DNA from: an uncultured Porphyromonadaceae bacterium
Lineage (GTDB): Bacteria > Bacteroidota > Bacteroidia > Bacteroidales > Muribaculaceae
Assembly: GCA_947178245.1 (NCBI GenBank)
Contig: CAMWXO010000001.1
Location: 1 to 43,889 of the forward strand
Direction of reading: 5' to 3'
Length of the DNA stretch: 43,889 nucleotides
The notes under the pieces were generated by a model. The model saw only the letters and a program-made list of their open reading frames with translations, searched no databases and had not been told where the DNA came from. A program made the position numbers and the translations under genes. Below are positions 38,531-43,889 of this stretch, piece by piece. How positions within the stretch are numbered: position 1 is the stretch's first letter; the number at the start of each line of letters is the position of its first letter.

Positions 38531-38743
38531 CTAATTGAGAATTGGGAATTGAGAATTGAGAATTTAGAACTTCGATAATGTGGAATTTTGAATGTAGAAT
38601 TTAGAATTGCTTCTTATTATGAATTATGCGTTGTGCATTATGAATTGCGTTAGCTTGAGCGAAGCTAATTGAGAATTGGGAATTGAGAATTGCTTTCATT
38701 CCAAATTCTACATTCCAAATTCTACATTCTACATTCTAAATTA
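38531..38743. repeat. Composite 7-bp-unit intergenic repeat with inverted arms, 28-bp duplication and small hairpin
   Basis: GAGAATT/TAGAATT/TATGAAT units, then inverted ATTCTAC/ATTCCAA units; CTAATTGAGAATTGGGAATTGAGAATTG at both 38531 and 38665; TAGCTTGAGCGAAGCTA hairpin. Confidence 0.9.
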
Positions 38744-38746
38744 TTA

Positions 38747-40039
38747 TTATTCCGCTATTACAAGGAAATAATTCTTCTTTCCTTTCTGCACGAGGATATA
38801 TTTGCCGCCCAGCAGGCGGTCGGCACCGATCACTGCAGCCGGATCGGTCAGTTTCTCCTTGTTGATGCTCACGCCGTTGCCCTGCACCATCTTGCGGGCC
38901 TCACCTTTCGATGGGAACACCTTGGTCTTCTCGGCCAGGAACTCGAGCGCCGGGATACCGGCCTCTATCTCCTCGCGGCTCACCTCAAAGCGGGGCACTC
39001 CGTCGAAGATGTCGAGCAGGGTCTGCTCGTCGAGTTTGTGAAGTTCCTCCACAGCGCTGTTGCTGAAGAGAATCTTGCTCGCCGACACCGCATCCTCGTA
39101 GGCCTGGCGGCCGTGAACCATCACCGTCACTTCCTCGGCGAGTTTCTTCTGAAGCGGACGCAAGCCCGGATCTTTGGCGTGCTCCTCCACGAGGGCCTCG
39201 ATCTCTTCCTTGCTCAGCGAGGTGAAGATCTTGATATATTTCTCCGCGTCGGCGTCGCTCACGTTGAGCCAGAACTGATAGAACTTGTAGGGAGACGTAT
39301 ATTTGGCGTCGAGCCAGATGTTGCCGCTCTCGGTCTTGCCGAATTTGCCGCCGTCGGCTTTCGTGATGAGCGGGCACGTCAGGGCGTAGACCTCGCCGCC
39401 CAGCTTGCGGCGAATGAGCTCGCTGCCGGTGGTGATGTTGCCCCACTGATCCGACCCGCCGAGCTGCAGCTTGCAGCCCATTGTCTCGTAGAGGTGCATG
39501 AAGTCGTAGCCCTGCAGCAGCTGATAGGTGAACTCCGTGAAGCTCAGGCCGTCGCGGGCCTCACCGTTGAGGCGCTTCTGCACCGACTCCTTCGCCATCA
39601 TGTAGTTTACCGTGATATGCTTTCCTATCTCGCGCGCGAAGTCGAGGAAGGAGAAGTCTTTCATCCAGTCGAAGTTGTTCACGAGTTCCGCCTTGTTCGG
39701 GGCGTCGCTCTCGAAGTCGAGGAAGCGGGCGAGCTGCGCCTTTATGGCCTCCTGGTTGTGGCGGAGGGTGGCCTCGTCGAGAAGGTTGCGCTCGGCGCTC
39801 TTTCCCGAGGGGTCGCCTATCATGCCGGTGGCGCCTCCCACGAGGGCCACGGGCTTATGTCCGCAGCGCTGGAAATGGCGGAGCATCATCACTCCGCAGA
39901 GGTGGCCGATATGGAGTGAGTCTGCCGTCGGGTCTATGCCGAGGTAGGCTGTGGTCATCTCCTTGTTCAACTGTTCTTCTGTGCCCGGCATCATGGTGTG
40001 GATCATGCCGCGCCAGGTGAGTTCTTCGATGAAATTCAT
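38747..40039 (-). CDS. tyrS: Tyrosine--tRNA ligase
   Basis: [44 protein letters not shown]4-like tail KGKK. Confidence 0.98.
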   Translation of the reverse strand: MNFIEELTWRGMIHTMMPGTEEQLNKEMTTAYLGIDPTADSLHIGHLCGVMMLRHFQRCGHKPVALVGGATGMIGDPSGKSAERNLLDEATLRHNQEAIKAQLARFLDFESDAPNKAELVNNFDWMKDFSFLDFAREIGKHITVNYMMAKESVQKRLNGEARDGLSFTEFTYQLLQGYDFMHLYETMGCKLQLGGSDQWGNITTGSELIRRKLGGEVYALTCPLITKADGGKFGKTESGNIWLDAKYTSPYKFYQFWLNVSDADAEKYIKIFTSLSKEEIEALVEEHAKDPGLRPLQKKLAEEVTVMVHGRQAYEDAVSASKILFSNSAVEELHKLDEQTLLDIFDGVPRFEVSREEIEAGIPALEFLAEKTKVFPSKGEARKMVQGNGVSINKEKLTDPAAVIGADRLLGGKYILVQKGKKNYFLVIAE

Positions 40040-40057
40040 GTCGTTATGTCGTATTGA

Positions 40058-41038
40058 TTATTTTTTCAGATAAGTCTCTATCACGCGGCCCACCTTCTCC
40101 AGCGTCTCTTTTGAGATTGCGTCCATATTGTCGGCCGTGGTATGCCATCCGCTGAAGAAGCCCTCGCCCTCGCGGTAGTCTATGATGTCGATGGCCGGAA
40201 TACCGGCCTTGATTAGTTCCACATGGTCATCGTTCACTGCCGAGCCCATCCTGTTGGGGAAATTGCCCGCATATCCCAGCGAATGCGCTATGGCCCAAAT
40301 CTCGTCGGCGAGCGCCGGGTTTGAGCGCTGCGAGAAATATTCGCGCATGAAAGTGGCATCCGGAGCTCCCACCATGTCGAGAAGAATGGCAGCCGAGGGC
40401 ATGTATCCTTTCTCCGGAAGATTGGCCGCGAAATACCGGGTTCCCATTGCCCATGACTCATCATTGTTTTCCGTGCCCCGGTCTTCCGCATCGCAAAGCA
40501 GGATGTCGATGCCTTTCGCTATTCCCGCCTCCTTGGCTATGCGCGCTATCTCGAGCAGCACGCCTGCGCCGCTCGCTCCGTCGTTGGCACCGTCGATAGG
40601 TGAGGAGTGCTTTGCCGGGTCGGGGTCATGATCGGCCCAGGGGCGGGAGTCCCAGTGTGCGAGCAGAAGCACCCTCTCGTCGGCATCGGGATTCAGTCGG
40701 GCGAAGATATTGCGCATCGGTATGCTCGCTCCGTCAAATCCGGTCAGCGTGGCGGTCTGTACTGTTACTTCTGCGCCGGCGGCCCTCAGAGTCTCGGCAA
40801 GCCAGTCGCCGCATGCTGCATGAGCCTCGTTGCCCGGCACGCGCGGCCCGAAGTCCACCTGCCTCTGCACGTAGGAGTAGGCGCTGTCGGCGCAGAAAAG
40901 GGTGCTTTCCGTCTCGGGGGCGCCCGACGGGTCAGTGTCGGCGCGCGACGCATCTCCCTGCTTGCCCGCGCCGCAGGAAAGCAGGAAAATCAAGGCTATA
41001 GACGCGATAAGCGGAGTATAGAGATTACTTATAGACAT
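40058..41038 (-). CDS. M28-family lipoprotein, probable glutaminyl cyclase
   Basis: Lipobox LLSC, FGPRVP, AHWDSRPWAD, GANDGASG, DAED, LLDMVG, DDH, WHT. Confidence 0.8.
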   Translation of the reverse strand: MSISNLYTPLIASIALIFLLSCGAGKQGDASRADTDPSGAPETESTLFCADSAYSYVQRQVDFGPRVPGNEAHAACGDWLAETLRAAGAEVTVQTATLTGFDGASIPMRNIFARLNPDADERVLLLAHWDSRPWADHDPDPAKHSSPIDGANDGASGAGVLLEIARIAKEAGIAKGIDILLCDAEDRGTENNDESWAMGTRYFAANLPEKGYMPSAAILLDMVGAPDATFMREYFSQRSNPALADEIWAIAHSLGYAGNFPNRMGSAVNDDHVELIKAGIPAIDIIDYREGEGFFSGWHTTADNMDAISKETLEKVGRVIETYLKK

Positions 41039-41153
41039 CGTAATAATCTTATCTTGCGAATTAATCAACAAAATTACAAAAAAACTTTTGATTTTACCGC
41101 CACAAACGCAATTTTTTATTACTCCCGCTCACCGACACCCCTTGCTGTCAGGT

Positions 41154-43406
41154 TCATTTCTCCGAATCGGTGACGTATGAGTTGCTTGATTTGCTGACTT
41201 TGCCTTTTCCGAGATTGAAGCGGACATTGATCTGGGCGATAAAGGAGTTTACCCTGTCGTCGCCTCTTGTCTCCGATCTGAATCCGGGGATGTCGATCTT
41301 TGTGTATGTCTGCTTGTCGATGGCCTGGACGGGAATCAGGAGCATCGCCGACAGGGTCAGTCTTCCCTTCAGAAGATTCTTGAAGCACCCTAAGGCAAGA
41401 GTCTCCTGCTGATTGTAGCGTATTCCCTGCGGCAGAGGCTCGCGGTCGTGCCTGATGAAGTATTCCGCCAGCAGCATGGTGTGCGCTCTGCCGAGAGCCC
41501 ATGTGAGGGTGAGGTCGCCATACCATGTGCGGCCGTTGTTGGCCCATGCCCCGGTCCACCTCTTGTACCACTGGTAGTTTCCGGTGAAGTTCAGGTTCAG
41601 TCCCGCGCCAAGGCTCTTGTCAAGGGAGACCCCGAGATACTGATGCAGGTAGTCGCAGTTGATATATGATTTCCTCACATAGTCCGAGTCGAGAATCTCA
41701 TACCAGTCCACGATGTCGTTGTTTGATTTGCGCCACATATACTCGAGGCTCACGCAGTCGGCGAGCGTGAACTTCACGTTTGCGTAATGCATGATCTGAG
41801 ATCTGAGATCCGGATTGCCGGTCTGGAAAAGGTGGTTCGAGATCTGCCAAGAGGCGGTGGAGAGCTGGTCGAGGTTCGGATAGAGGATCTCGTTCAGGTA
41901 GACGGCCGTGATGCGCCCCAGCCTGAATGGACGCCAGTAGGCCTGCAGTCGGGGCAGGAACGACGTGTGGCTCGTCCTCTCGGCCTCCTGCCTGTCGCTG
42001 ATTCCGAGTATGCTTCCGCCGGCTCTGAGATTGAAGTTGCGGGCGGGCGAGAACGCTACGGTGGCATCAAGCTTGTTGCGCGATTCCTCGGAGGTGAAGA
42101 GCCTGTCGGCCCCTTGCTCCTCGCTCCTGTATTTTCGCCATGAATAATTATAGCCTACCGTGGCCTCCCATTTGTCGGAAAAGGAATAAGTGGCATCGGC
42201 CGAGGCGTATACATTATCTTTCCTGCCGAATATTTTCGAGTCGGATGCGGAGATGCCTTCGGTGAATAGCCTGTCTTCGTCAATGTCATAGTAGTTGTAT
42301 GATGCGGAAGCCCTCAGATACAGCCTGTCGGTCAGATCTCCCTGATAGAAAAGTCCGGTGATGGAATTGACCGAGGAATATCTGTTGCCGTTCGAGATCG
42401 CCGCCCCGTCGAGCATATCGTAGAGCGACCGAGACTTGAGATGATCCCTGTCGAGCCATGTCTGCACCGACACTGTGTGCCGCTCTCCGAACTTCCTGTC
42501 GGCGCCGACCGAGAAGTGGCAGTCACTCGCAAAGCGGCTGTCGTTCGGATTATGGAAGTTGGCGGGTGTGGTCTCCTCGATAATGACATCCTGAATGTTG
42601 CGGTAATAGGAGGATGCGTCGTAAGCCTGCTTCCTCTGGTAGGAGGCGGACATGAAGGTGCTCCAGAGCTTGGTGGAGAGCGTGGCGTCGATCATTACCT
42701 TCTCGCTGTTTGTATGTCTGTTGCGCAGCGACAGGGTTCCTGTGACGCCGCCCGACACGTCCCATCCGGTGAAATTCTCATACAGCACTATATTGATAAG
42801 GATGGGATAGTCCGAGTATTGTCCCGGCGGATAGCGCTGAATCTCGATGCTCTTGATCCTCTTGGGGTTGAGGCTCTTCGCATATTGCAGCCCCATCTCC
42901 CTGCCGTTCACGATTACGGGAACGTCCTTATCGTTGCCGATGCTGATGTTCTCGGATATCCAGTCTACCTTGAATCCCGGCAGCGAGCCCATCATCATCG
43001 CAGCATTGCCGAAAGATTTCCTGATGGAGTCGTTCAGTAGGATGGTCTCGGTGGTGGCGTCCTGCAGGCGGGTCTCGCCTGTGACGGTGAGGGTGGCGAG
43101 CTCCGTATCCGACTGATGCAGCATCAATGTGCCGATATCGTGGGTGCCGTTTGTCATGATGGTCAGCGGGGCATAGCCCATGCATGATATGCTTACGCGG
43201 CATATAGCGGCGGGATCGCCGGCGATGGAGAAAATGCCGTCAATATCTGTGGCTGACCCCGCGATGAACACGGAATCTGCGCTGAAACTCCTCACGGTGG
43301 CACCTGCCACGGGGCTTCCGTCGGCGGCATCAATCACAGTTCCCCTGACATCTGCATATCCGTGCATGGCTGCTATCAGGAAAATCAAAATGGTTAGATA
43401 CTTCAT
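41154..43406 (-). CDS. Outer-membrane beta-barrel protein with CarboxypepD_reg-like N-terminus (TonB-dependent-receptor-like)
   Basis: Signal peptide, VRGTVID...GATV...TDIDGIF...SCMGY, plug-like LPGF..VNGRE..IKSIE..INIVL, YPNLDQL, GNPDL. Confidence 0.78.
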   Translation of the reverse strand: MKYLTILIFLIAAMHGYADVRGTVIDAADGSPVAGATVRSFSADSVFIAGSATDIDGIFSIAGDPAAICRVSISCMGYAPLTIMTNGTHDIGTLMLHQSDTELATLTVTGETRLQDATTETILLNDSIRKSFGNAAMMMGSLPGFKVDWISENISIGNDKDVPVIVNGREMGLQYAKSLNPKRIKSIEIQRYPPGQYSDYPILINIVLYENFTGWDVSGGVTGTLSLRNRHTNSEKVMIDATLSTKLWSTFMSASYQRKQAYDASSYYRNIQDVIIEETTPANFHNPNDSRFASDCHFSVGADRKFGERHTVSVQTWLDRDHLKSRSLYDMLDGAAISNGNRYSSVNSITGLFYQGDLTDRLYLRASASYNYYDIDEDRLFTEGISASDSKIFGRKDNVYASADATYSFSDKWEATVGYNYSWRKYRSEEQGADRLFTSEESRNKLDATVAFSPARNFNLRAGGSILGISDRQEAERTSHTSFLPRLQAYWRPFRLGRITAVYLNEILYPNLDQLSTASWQISNHLFQTGNPDLRSQIMHYANVKFTLADCVSLEYMWRKSNNDIVDWYEILDSDYVRKSYINCDYLHQYLGVSLDKSLGAGLNLNFTGNYQWYKRWTGAWANNGRTWYGDLTLTWALGRAHTMLLAEYFIRHDREPLPQGIRYNQQETLALGCFKNLLKGRLTLSAMLLIPVQAIDKQTYTKIDIPGFRSETRGDDRVNSFIAQINVRFNLGKGKVSKSSNSYVTDSEK

Positions 43407-43468
43407 AGTTATTTGTCATTTTTATATTTATTCAGCGTTCGCAAGAGCAATATAGAACTTTAAATTTG

Positions 43469-43501
43469 CAAAGTTATAACAAAAGGCACGATATATCCAA
43501 A
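43469..43501 (-). promoter_or_regulatory. Bacteroidetes promoter for the outer-membrane barrel gene
   Basis: TTTG (43498-43501) and TAACTTTG (43469-43476) on the minus strand, 21-bp spacing. Confidence 0.68.
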
Positions 43502-43520
43502 TATTTTAGCAACTTTTTTC

Positions 43521-43681
43521 TCTTACATGTGCGTTTTTAAGTCATTAAAAGACAGAGGGTTATAGAGTGTAAGAAAATGAAAAATCTTACAATTTTTAAT
43601 TTACTGGTTCTCAGCGAGTTATAATGCCGCTAAAATTGAAATGTAAGACTTTTGTTTAATATGCTGTAATATAGCGTGTTA
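43521..43681. promoter_or_regulatory. Periodic array of palindromic 25-bp sites interleaved with TCTTACA/TGTAAGA boxes
   Basis: TAA-N4-(C/T)T-N7-AG-N4-TTA at 43538, 43597 and 43657; TCTTACA at 43521 and 43585; TGTAAGA at 43568 and 43642. Confidence 0.6.
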
Positions 43682-43705
43682 GTTGTCGGTTTTTAATTGA
43701 GAGTG

Positions 43706-43755
43706 GTAGGGACGCACGGCTCGTACGTCCGCAGATGTCAGTAGGGGCGGCCCCC
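43706..43755 (+). repeat. Two GTAG-type REP-like hairpins
   Basis: GTAG-GGACGCACG-GCT-CGTACGTCC (43706-43730) and GTAGGGGCGGCCCCC (43741-43755). Confidence 0.6.
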
Positions 43756-43854
43756 GCTGCATCCGAGGCGGTCTATCGGAGGTGAGGCCTAACCATAAAG
43801 CGCCTCTCCGAGGCTATTGCTCTTTTTTCCATCCTGCCCCGCGTTGAAACGCTT

Positions 43855-43862
43855 TATCTTTG
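43855..43862 (+). promoter_or_regulatory. -7 promoter box for a gene beyond the window end
   Basis: TATCTTTG(CA) matches TAnnTTTG. Confidence 0.55.
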
Positions 43863-43889
43863 CAGTGTGAAAGACTCTTTGGTCAAAAT

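Noticed and set aside
38690-39919. 409-aa plus-strand ORF
   Set aside because: Antisense shadow of tyrS; its N-terminus is translated repeat DNA
43577-43624. Small ORF MKNLTIFNLLVLSEL
   Set aside because: Only 15 codons within the site array; no supporting promoter or leader-peptide features

Overview
Chromosomal window from a GC-rich Bacteroidales bacterium, probably Muribaculaceae. This is inferred from TAnnTTTG/TTTG promoters, SD-less AT-rich starts, a T9SS PorZ and the gene content. Left to right it carries cysE-cysK; a hexuronate/L-aldohexose catabolic operon (AKR, lactonase, Zn-dehydrogenase, uxuA, YhcH) beside an NxKG-type GH2 beta-glucuronidase; a GH13 lipoprotein; a small glycosylation locus; an NrtR-vWA pair with two operator-like boxes; GH2-galK-galM; and a GH18. 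Next come an AT-rich AAA/DUF4143 islet, a PagL-like barrel, panB-mrp-trmB, an in-frame RdgB(HAM1)-PorZ fusion, leuS, an HTH-S24 repressor, a flippase, ruvB, tyrS, an M28 glutaminyl cyclase and an outer-membrane barrel. No rRNA, tRNA, CRISPR array, transposase or integrase was seen. The most unusual item is the single ORF joining the cytoplasmic ITPase RdgB to the secreted T9SS component PorZ through an internal signal-peptide-like segment. Other notable items are inverted short-unit intergenic arrays with a shared mini-hairpin, a three-copy palindromic site array with ~60-bp period, and two enzymes in the glycosylation locus lacking a key catalytic residue. All calls come from reading motifs by eye; no searches were run.
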